The position numbers and the translations under genes were made by a program. The notes beneath the pieces were generated by a model. It saw only the letters and a list, made by a program, of their open reading frames with translations, ran no database searches and was not told where the DNA came from. This document shows, in pieces, positions 39,030 to 49,345 of a DNA stretch of 64,000 nucleotides. The stretch is from contig MU057651.1 in the NCBI GenBank assembly GCA_013265495.1, positions 2,146,948 through 2,210,947 of the forward strand. The letters are read 5' to 3'. Each line of letters opens with the position of its first letter. Positions within the stretch are counted from its first letter, which is position 1. The DNA comes from Vicugna vicugna (lineage: Eukaryota).

Positions 39030-40680
39030 GACGGAGGAAAATCAAGGAAAACAAATAAATGGGGGCGCAAATACCATAGTCATGGGTTGGATGAATTAAT
39101 ACAGCAAATATATCAGTTTTTCATGAAATTCTTATCAAAATACCAGCAGTATTTCTGGAGATACTGGATTGTACCTGGAAAGGCAAAGGGAGTGCAATGC
39201 TAAAGTAATTTTTGAAAAGAATAAAGACCATTCTACCCCCAATCGAGATTATAGTACTGACAAGAGTATAGTATTGACAGAGAAACAGAGCAGAACTCAG
39301 AAATAGAGCCATGACTTATTTTTGACAAAGGTGACAAAGCCACCCCGTGATAGGATGGTCTTTTCAACAAATGCCTCCGGAAGAACTGGACAGCCAAGGG
39401 CAAAAAAAAAAAAAGAAAAAGAAAAAAAGAAAAAAAATGTTTTTTTTTTCCTGAACTAAACTTCACGCTTTATGCAAAACGTATCTCCAAATGGGTCACG
39501 GATTTAAATGTAAACCGTGAAACTATTAAATGTTTAGAAAATAACGTAAGAGAAAATCTTCAGGTTATGGGGCTTACAGAAGAGTTCTCAGGACACCGAA
39601 AGCATGGGAGAAAATTGACACCGTTGGCCTCGTTAAAATTAAAACCTTTCGATCTGAGACAGATCCTGTTAAGATGGTGAGAAGGCAGACTGCAAACTAG
39701 TGACACCTACTTGCAAACCACACACCCGAGAAAGGACTGGCATTGAGCAGCCTATAAAAGCGCCTGCAGAATTCAACAGTAAAAACCGAACAACTGCATT
39801 CAGAAATACAGGAAGCGTCTTTCCACCAACGCGGGCGTGCCAATGTCACATAAAACGTGAGCAAGTGTCAACGTCACCAGCCATGAGGGGAACACGCGTT
39901 AAAACCACACTGCGATCTCGTCGCACACCTGTCAGAGCGGCTAAAACGGAAAACCTCAGGACACCAGATGCTGGCGAGGATGCGGATAAACTGGACTGCG
40001 GGTCAGGGTGTAACGCTCACCGTGACTTTGGAAAACAGCCTGGCGGTTTCTGATGAGACCGCCAGAATTACACTCCTCGGTCTTCATCTCAGAGGAATGA
40101 AGGCTGCGTTCACGGGCAACATGCACGTGTTTCTAGCAGCCTTATTCTCGACGGCCAAGAAACTGCGGGAAATGCAAAGTATCCATCCGCAGGTGAACGT
40201 TTAAAGTGCAGCCCGTCCAGTCCACGGGAACAGACGCCGTCTCTGTAAAGAGACACGAGCGGATGCTTGGCTGGGTCTCGAGGGCGCTGTGCTGCGTTTA
40301 AAAAGCCCACCTCGAAAGCTGACTTACCGTGTGATGCCACTTATGTGACACTGTTTAACGACAAAACTACAGATGGGAAAAGCACGGTGACTCCAGGGCG
40401 CGGGTGCCGGGGTGGGGCGGGTACGAGACGTGGCTGCAGAAGGGCGGTCCCCGTGGTGGTGGACGGTCTGTATCTTGGTCCCAGTGGCGCTGACACAAAA
40501 CCACGCAGACGGAAAAAAGACGCGATCATGTGCACACCAATTACACCGGTCAGTTCCGGGCCTGGACGCGGGCTAGAATTACGTCCCTCGGGGAAAGCTT
40601 TGTGAAGGGCACGTGGGTTCTCCCTGCACTCCCTTTGCAATTGCTGGTTTGACCGATGTTTTAAGATCTTCTGGATGAAC
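39030..40680 (+). mobile_element. Degraded L1M ORF2 plus 3' UTR
   Basis: tttttgacaaaggtgacaaagc, cttttcaacaaatg, actttggaaaacagcctggcggtt and 3' UTR motifs occur in sense orientation. Confidence 0.8.
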
Positions 40681-41407
40681 ATTTTTCGTCTCTATCATGG
40701 CTGGGGTGGTCTGATCAGACGTGCTTTGGGGGTGAGCACATTATCAAAGGCACTGGTGCCGAGGAAGGGGGGGCAGGAGGTGAGCACCCGGTTCAAGTTC
40801 AAAACTGGGAGGGTGGTTTAGGCTGTGGTCATTACCGAGGTCTCCATTTTCGGGGAAGGCGTGGCTCGGGGGCAGCCGTTCACCTCCACGTCAGGTGCAC
40901 GAAACAGAACGTGAAAACCATCTGTCTCAACGCACACTGGAAATCTTCCTGACACCCATCTCTCCGGGTCCTTGACTGTGTGTAAAATGCAGACGTGGCA
41001 CCTCTGTGGGTTGACGGGCTCACAGGTGACCTTGACTGAGAACTGCAGGGGCCCCTCAGTTCTCGCAGGGGACTTGCCGAAGACACAGCCCCGGGACAGG
41101 CTAAGACGCTGCTTCTGGAAGTGTGGCCCCAGATGGGCGGCGTCAGTGCCACCTGCGAGCCTGTTAGCAAAGCCGATTCCCTGCCCCCGTAGCCCGTCCC
41201 CCCAAGCCTGTGAGTCCCAGGTGCTGGGGTGGGACCCGCAAGCGGGCTTTCAGGGCTGTCCCGGTGATCGTTCTGTGTGCTGACCTAGGAAACGTGCTCT
41301 AAGAGGTGTGGGTAAATAATCTGTTAGTGAAAATCCAGAGTGTTGACTTTATAAAAATTGTGTGTGTCACTTGTAACCTCTTCACTGTCCTTCGTACAAG
41401 AGAGTGA

Positions 41408-41632
<225 letters not shown>

Positions 41633-41847
41633 ACCCGGGGCCGCGAAGGCGTCTCCCGGGAGACCGTGCTGGTGTCTGCATCCCGGGCGGCTCTGGGAAG
41701 CATTCGCCGGGGAGGGGAGACTCTGGCCGAGGCATGATGGACACCGGCTGGCACGTGTACTCTTCTCGGTAACTGTGACTGCAAGAGAAGGACGTGGATC
41801 TATTTCAAGACATCCACAAGAACTTGGGGCCATCGGAGCCCTCTCTC

Positions 41848-41965
41848 AATAAAATGTGCTATTTTCACAGCGAGGACACTGCAGTCCACTATTCTATATG
41901 AAGTGTATTTCTATAACCCTCGATTAGAGAGCTTATATAAATGTTTTCTATAGATACAGATTAAA
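41848..41965 (+). terminator. VWC2: Candidate proximal VWC2 polyadenylation signals
   Basis: AATAAA at 41848-41853, 216 nt after the stop. ATTAAA at 41960-41965 is followed by GT/T-rich sequence. Usage cannot be seen from DNA alone. Confidence 0.55.
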
Positions 41966-42546
41966 AAGCCTGGGCTGTCCTCCCTGTGTCCCCGCGTGTC
42001 TCTTCCAGCTCCGATCCCCGAGTCCAGCCCGCGAGGTGATCTGTGGTTGCTGGGTCTCCTCCAGGTCTTGGGAGGAAGTGCCCAGTGACGGATCGTCAGA
42101 TAACGGAACCAATTTTTGCTGAAAGCCGGTCCAGGTTCTGCTCCATCACAGAGAGACCAGTGGTGTCTTTTCCTTCAAAGACCCAGGCAAAGTCACACCG
42201 ATACAATACGTCCTTCTTATGATCTGTGCTGTTATCAGCTCCATCGTCGGTCATTTGGGAGATGCAGGTGCAGAGGTAACGGACACACACAGGCTTCCTG
42301 CTCGTTCAGAGCTCCCACACCGCGGGCCGTGGATGCAGGTGTCTGTGTGTTTCCGGCCGCTGGTCCAACACAAGTAGGAAGTTATGGTCACCGGGATGGG
42401 AGCTGAGCCAGAAGGCAGCAAGGGCGGTGGGAAGGGCTTCCTAAGATGAGCAGAGACTACAGGCAAAATAATTGCCTGTTTTAAGAAGTCATTTCATCAC
42501 CCAAGGGGGAATAATAGTATGTAGAGAACAAAAATAGAGACACAAG

Positions 42547-43420
42547 CCTGGCTGGGTTGTCACTCTATGCCCCGCCATGGTCTTCGCTCGGGATCTTATT
42601 TTAGCATCCTTTAGAAATCATACCATGCTTTGTATTATAGTTCATTTTACTTTTGCTCTATTTTTACTCCAAATTTAATATTAACAATTTACTCTTCAAT
42701 AGGCAAGAGAGCAAGCCTGCTTTCCAATAACTTTTAAAGTCAGAAGGGCTCTCCAGTGCCATGCCATCAGGAAAGGTGACCAGCGGCCCTGTTGGTAACA
42801 ACAGCCCATGTATGGCTTCTTTGGCCAAAACTATTCGCAACGTTAATATTCTTGCTGGACCCGCCCGCTTGCTTTTTCTCCAGGCATCGCTGGGCGACTG
42901 GCGCAGTCATTTTGGGGCAGAATCGGGTTGTGAGAGCGGTCGCTTATTCTGGAACGCATGTGTGCCGATGGGGCACAGATTTGACATTCCAGCCGCCCCT
43001 CCTCGATGTTCCACGGGAGACCTGCTTCCTCCTGCTCCCTCCACGCCAGCCTCCCCAGGCTACTGCTTTAGTGCTAAACGCAGACTCAGTTCGTGTGGGG
43101 AGTTCTCCCAGGTGGAGCCCTGGGGCGCGGTCCCCGCCCTGGCCCGGGCGTGCTGGCTGGCATCGCAGGACCTCAGGCCTGGGTGCCCCGGACCCTGCTC
43201 TGCGCACGGCTTCTGCTGCCAGAGCCCCCGGCCCCTTCCCCACACGGAGAGCTGCGCCGTCTCTCGGTCTCACACTCACATGCCGTTACTTCGGGTCCTG
43301 GCTGGGTTGTCACTTAGTGCCCCACCATGGTCTTCACTCGGGATCTTATTTTAGCATTATTCAGAAATCATATCATGCTCTGCATTATAGTTCATTTTAT
43401 TTTTGCTCTATTTTTACTCC
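42547..43420 (+). repeat. 124-bp direct repeat, copies at 42547-42670 and 43297-43420
   Basis: Ungapped alignment gives 12 mismatches in 124 bp (about 90% identity) at an offset of exactly 750 bp. The flanks are unrelated. Confidence 0.95.
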
Positions 43421-44473
43421 GAACTGTCAGTAATTCAGGCTATGGGGCATTTGGTCCCCAGAACGTCACCCAGCATCTTCACGTGGCTGGCCCGCTGGGG
43501 CGCGCTCAGTGTATGGATTCAGTCCCTCGCCGCCCTCGTGCGGGCCAGCAGAGCAGCTCACACTCCCGGATTGCACCTCCCTGTCGTCCCCTGGCTGCTC
43601 AGCCGGCTTGCAGACCTCAGATGCCCAGGTTTAAGTCCCTGGGTGAACGGTCACTGGCCACTTCCGATGCAAGTCAGGAAGGAAACGGCTTTTGGTGTAA
43701 ACTTTCTGAGGCTGAACGTGACGTCTTATGCTGAGGACACACTGGGCCTTCCTAGTGGAAAGTCAAGTTCACGGTCTCGGTGTTAACTGCCTGTTTGCAA
43801 CTTTGGGGCTATAAATCTCTCGTCTTAGACTTCCCTTCACGGTTTTGAGTGCTCCTACATATTTTAATATTTTGGCATGACATAAGCAAACACCTCAGTG
43901 ATGAGACATCTGTGCAAAAACAAACAAACAAAAACTACGAGTTTCCACAGCCTGTAGGAAAAGCGTTAAAAAGTGATGGCTGTCTGTTACTTCACCACGG
44001 TGTCAAATTTCGGTCTCAGTTTGGCACCTACTGTTTTAACCTAACACACAAAACAGGGGCAGAAATTAAGTCCCAAAGCCTAATTTTAAAAGGAATAAAC
44101 CCCACTGAACATTAGGTGACCCTGGATACTCATGTCGGCTGGGAACGCTCGCCCCAAGTTCCAATAACACTTAGAAAACTTAAATGGTAACGTGCTCTAA
44201 GTGCCTGGCACGTGGGCGTCTCGTGGCCTAAGAGATGCGTACAGCTTACCTCCCCGGCCCGGTACGTTCAGGGACGTACACAGAGCCTGTGGCTTCCACA
44301 TTACACAGACACAGAATTACCCAAAATTATTTTAAAATATCAAATCATATTACCTGAGCCATTGTAGCAGACTGCTGACACAGCCTGATGAATGAAAATG
44401 ACTGTCAATATTGACATCTTGAGTCTTGAATTCCATTTTCATTCCATTCATTCATTTCTCAGTTTTCCTTGAT

Positions 44474-44592
44474 ATTTAATAATATTCAATGATTAATATT
44501 CCATGATTAATTTAATAATATTCAGTGCTTAATATTCAATATTTAATAATACTCAATGATTAATAATTAAATAATATTCAATTAATTAATTT
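44474..44592. repeat. Degenerate AT-rich minisatellite
   Basis: A 21-bp unit ATTTAATAATATTCAATGATT occurs at 44474, 44510 and 44541, interleaved with shorter AATATTC(A/C)AT units. Confidence 0.8.
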
Positions 44593-47500
44593 TAAACAGT
44601 TCCTGGAATTAGTTTCAGGCAGAACTGTTTTTAAATATACTTTGTGGCAATACTTACTTCCCACTTTCTTTCTTTAATGTATTTTTATACCATCACATGG
44701 ATGCAATTCTATTTTTGTTTCTATTTGATTTAAGAGATTATTCCCTCTGTAAGCACAGATTTCTTACAAAATGATAAACAGTGAAAAGTGTGCACTAAGT
44801 AAGGTCTTTCTAGGAAATTATTAGTGTCTTATGTATAACAAAGGAATTTATTCTTAGCTTCAAGCAATCCACTATCAGCCAATCCATGAAGGTATGTTGC
44901 AAGCCAAGAATTATGCAGTTTCCCCAGGTTAACATTATCCCCCCCCCCCTTTTTTTTTGCAGAAAACTAAATGTACGAGCAGGGAGTTCAGAAAGTGGCT
45001 CAAATTTCAGTCTAGCGAGCCGTGGGCTTGACTTGAGAACCAGGCTGTGCTTCACAACAGAGCCCGGCACCCGGTTTCTTAACCACTCGCTGTTAGGGCA
45101 GAAATCAGCCAGGAAATTTCAAAATGCTCCTCTAGGCTAAGAGAGGGAACAGACGGCCACAAACTCCCCCCCGACTCAACTGTGGTCATGTCGCAGTTCT
45201 GAGACAGAGGGGCGCCGCTCGCAAAAACGTCGTGACCGCCGTGTGCTTTTACTCCTAAGCGAGCTGTAGCCGGCTCTCGTGGGAAACCCACGTTCAGGCA
45301 TCAACAGTGTTTTGTGGGTCTTTGTTCAGGTGTGGGCCTTGCCCTGAAATTTACAGGACACGACCACATGCTATGACCCATCTCCCTGCAACTAAACGAA
45401 GGAAGCTGCCGTTCGCCGTGTGCCAGTTATGTGACAAGGACGACGCTGGACATCGCGGATTCTCTCCTCTGGTCTCCCTGCTGTCACCTGTGCTGTGTCA
45501 CCGAGGAGGGAGCACACGGCAGACACGCGCCCAGGTCTCAGCGACGGAACGGAGGCCAGGTCTGTGCGCTCCCAGCCCTGCGATGGGCCCTCGTCAGGGC
45601 TGGGGCGGACAGAACCACCTGCATCGGACCTTCCTCCAGAGGACCACGTGCTGACCCGTCAGTCACGGAGACCCCCGGACGGACATTTACTGAGCGCCGC
45701 CTGTATGTCCGGGGGGGTTAGGCCCACGGGGCTCTCGGGCCAGGATCCCCAGAGAGGCCCCGGGGTCAGTAAAAACAGGCAACCCTGTCACCTGCATTCA
45801 AGTCATCCACTTGCATCGGTGTTGTCATTTATAATTTAACATAAAAAGCCCGCTACCTCTTGATAGACAGCAGCAACTGAATTATGAAGTCCCCGTGGTA
45901 GGGAACCAGAGCAGCCTGGGGCTCAGGCATGAGGGCAAACGCGGCGGCGTTACCCCCGTGCCTCCACTCTGTGCGGTGGTCCCGGGGCGCAGCCTCATGC
46001 TGCTGGCTGGGGAGGACGGGGCCCCCGAGGGAACACCCCCGGGGCTGCGCCGGGAGGGCGAGGAGAAGTGAGCTGACACCTGATGCGCAGTGTTAAAAAA
46101 CTGATTTCAAAGCAGGAGGTGGCTGCCTAAGTGGAAAGGTCCCCCCTCTACCCCGGGCTATTACTTCAATTTTTCTAAGTATGTTTACTGCCTCCAAGGT
46201 TTTGAAAAGTACTTCATCTCACTGCAGAAAATCTGGAAGACAGAGGGTTATCAGAAGCCTCACACATGGCCCTATTACATCAGACAACCATCGCTGGCAT
46301 CTTGGTTGGGTTGTTTTAAAAGTCTGAACAGCACTCCACTGACATTCGACCTTGCAGAAATTGCCTGATTTATTCAACCCTTTCACTGCTGTAGATAAGT
46401 AACGTTAATTCCATTTTCATTGTCTATAATGCAGTTAGGACCAACGGACACAATATTTCACCTGACTTCCAGTTTACTTTTTTTAGGACCGTTTCCTTCA
46501 AGTGAAATTAGTGGAACTCTTTTTCCATACTGCCAGGTGACAACACGTTACACGTTTATAACGAGAAAAAAAAATCTTAATAAAATACACCACGGGAATC
46601 ATATGTGCTCTAACGTCACAGGTCAATGTAAACATCAGATGGTATAACTTTTTCTAAAAAATGCTTGGTTAAAATTAAGGCATTGTATAAATGTAAGATA
46701 CTATTTTTGATGTAAACAAAAATGATACAAGACTTGAAACAATCATCTCAGTTAGGAGTTGGTTTATATCCTATTGTCATTGCTTAAAACAACTTTCAGC
46801 ATTGCACAACCTGTCTGTTAATAGAAGCAACTTTCACCTTAGTTGTTAAAGCATTTATACATACAGGACCTTAGCAGTCTAGTAATTAATTTTTAAAATT
46901 ATTAAGCACGTAATAAGTATGTGCTATGAGGAGGGCCAGGAAAGGAGGAAGACCTTGGTGTAACTGAGTGTGGAAGGCAGATACACAACCAACTAAATTA
47001 AATGAGATTTAAGTGACAAAGAGCAAAGCGCATTTCACTATGGGAACCAAGAAAAAAAGTAAGCAATCCTTCTCTTTCTTCTCCTGGTTCATCCTCTGCT
47101 TAAATTTCCGTAAGCTGTTCTCTGTGGCTGGGCTTCCAAATCTTACCTTGTTCTGAAACGTGTGGGGTCTTGTGCCCGGTCTGTCTTCAGAAGCTAAAAA
47201 CCTTTAACTTCCTCGGACCGCTCCCCTGTTATCGGTCCACTCTCCTCCCAGGTCACTCTCCGGCCTCGATGGGACTCCGACCTCCGGTAACGGTCACCAC
47301 CACCACCACCATGGCGGCCACTGCTGTCCCGGGCTCGTGAGCCAGACGGCCGATCCTGTTCACGCCTCAGAAAAATGCACCGGAGGTTAAATTCCCCTGC
47401 GCTTTTGAACAACAGGAAAAAAGTGATCCCAGCTTCCGGAGTACAGAGGGAAGTAAGTATTGCATTTCATCCTTCCACAATCGAGACATTTGGAAAATCT

Positions 47501-48819
47501 GAGGAGGCTGCACCTTTTACAGATGGAGACCTTACAGGTTTTTCCTAGTTCCGGAAAACATACGCTAGAGGAACCATAACCCACCCCAACAGTCAAGTGG
47601 CAAATGTGTGACTTGATAGTGGAAAGGAGGTTCTTGGAAAACCTCAAAAATATATGGAAACAGTTAAGTCACGATTGGACATTACAAACGTCCAAAAGGG
47701 ACTGTTGAACAGACATCAGCAGGGCTGACACAGAGGTGTCACCTCTGTTCCCTCTGGAGCTGTGAGAGTCCCAGGGTGACGCTGTCCACAGGCTGAGCAA
47801 ACTATTAATTGGCCATTTTTAAATGCCCCATGGAGTCTAGAAACAAGCAAGCATTTTTCCTGCCCAGTGTGTCGCACCCTCGTGCCTCGATCCGACCTTC
47901 GCGTATGTGCCATTTACAAGCGTGCGTGTCTTAAGAAAGGAAACAGGGAAGAGAAAAACGGGGAACGTTCCGATGGAGTGTGAGGTGGAAACAAACACAA
48001 TTAAAGCAGTAATTAGGAAAGTGAGAAGCTACTGATTTTGCAGTTTTCTCATGTTATTTTCCGGGCATTTAAGTATTTAAATGCCTGGTAAGTTTTCACC
48101 TTGAGACACAACATCGCAGGGTAAGTGAGGTTAAGACCGGGTGGTGGCCGCAGTGGTTTCTGCAACATGACACCGACGGGGAAGGAGGTGACCGTGCTGT
48201 GTGTGACAATTGTGATGACGGACGGTCTGGCTCTCGTTCCTAGACGTGCTGTCCGGGAGAGGAACTGCTCAGTTTCTCTTCCTCTCCACCTGGTGGAGGT
48301 TCACATACATGCGACCTGATGCCCATACAATGATTACTCCATTCTAAAATGTCAAAAGCATAAGTTAAGGGACTTTAACCCGGAAAGTTTAAGACAGTCA
48401 CACTGAACTGTATTAAAAGCCCGTGGTGTGGTTGGGATGAACCACTTAAAAGTGGCCAAAAAGTGCAATAATAATTAGACCTGCAGGCTTTTCAAAAAGT
48501 GACTTTGAACCAAGAAAGGTCAACTGGAAGGTACAAAATCCCCAAAAATTAAAGCAAAGGAATGAAACGGACACATTAAGATGACTGTGGAAGAAAACGG
48601 TGGCCTGAGATTAGTCAAAACGTAGTAATGATGGAACGGGCTAGTTTTGAAAAATCACGAAAAATCTTTTGGGCTAACTCAATACATTACATTTTAAAAC
48701 CATTTTTAAATCCGTTATCCAGGAAATATGTTGGGAGTCATATGCAGGTCTGGCAGCAGTGAACAAAGACTATTGGATTTTCGGTTCATAAAGCATTTGG
48801 ACGTACAGTGTTTCAATTA

Positions 48820-48863
48820 AAACGAGGACACACCGTTTTTTGGTAAAATCTGATACATTTAAT
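48820..48863 (-). terminator. ZPBP: ZPBP polyadenylation site
   Basis: Minus-strand ATTAAA at 48863-48858, a CA about 16 nt downstream (near 48842), then a GT/T-rich element GGTGTGTCCTCGTTTT. A second ATTAAA lies at 48895-48890. This implies a 3' UTR of about 110 nt. Confidence 0.65.
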
Positions 48864-48951
48864 GTTGGCATAATAGTAATTTATGACATTTTAATATTTC
48901 AAAAATACACTTTTGTGTGTGACAAATCACGGAAGAGCTCAGAATAGTGGC

Positions 48952-49046
48952 CTACAAGCACGCTTTCGCTCCGAACACCAGGCTGCCGTTGCACTGCAGG
49001 CAGTGCGTGCCGTCCCGGGGGTTGTAAGATCCAGGGCTGCAGATCA
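48952..49046 (-). CDS. ZPBP: ZPBP final coding exon
   Basis: Acceptor tctttcctccgcag, then (V)[30 protein letters not shown] and TAG at 48954-48952. It is in phase with the 61198 donor. Confidence 0.95.
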
Positions 49047-49129
49047 CTGCGGAGGAAAGAGGAGTCAGTAAGGAGCGGGGTCCCAGGGCCACGCAGATCA
49101 GCTCTGCACGGAGGACACGCTTTCAGAGA

Positions 49130-49345
49130 TTTTTTTTTTTCAATTGTGGTAAAATACACATAAAATTCACCATCTTCAGTGGTGTTAAATACAGTCGAAT
49201 CGCTGTACAACGGATCTCCAGAACTTTCTCACCCGGGTAAAACTGCAAATCTGTCCCCGCTAAACTTCCCGCAGGTCCCCGTCTCCTGACTCCTGGCAGC
49301 CGCCAGTCCACGAGCTTGGCTCCTCTGAACACCTCATGTAAGTCA
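49130..49345 (-). mobile_element. L1MB-like 3' end
   Basis: ttttttcaattgtggtaaaatacacataaaattcaccatctt...tctccagaactttctca...ggcagcc matches an antisense L1MB end. It lies about 85 bp into ZPBP's last intron. Confidence 0.75.

Noticed and set aside
42761-43433. 197-aa and 213-aa plus-strand ORFs
   Set aside because: Overlapping, no recognisable domain, and they run into the non-coding direct repeat.
44403-44416. 14-bp perfect palindrome TGTCAATATTGACA
   Set aside because: About four are expected by chance in a window of this size.
47416-47452. 37-bp plus-strand micro-exon (cag|...|gtaagt)
   Set aside because: It lies downstream of the VWC2 terminal exon and has no frame or partner exon to support it.
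44647-47463. Perfect 16-bp inverted repeat (44647-44662 / 47448-47463) containing GAA|GTAAGT
   Set aside because: About 0.5 such matches are expected by chance in 64 kb, and the similarity does not extend.
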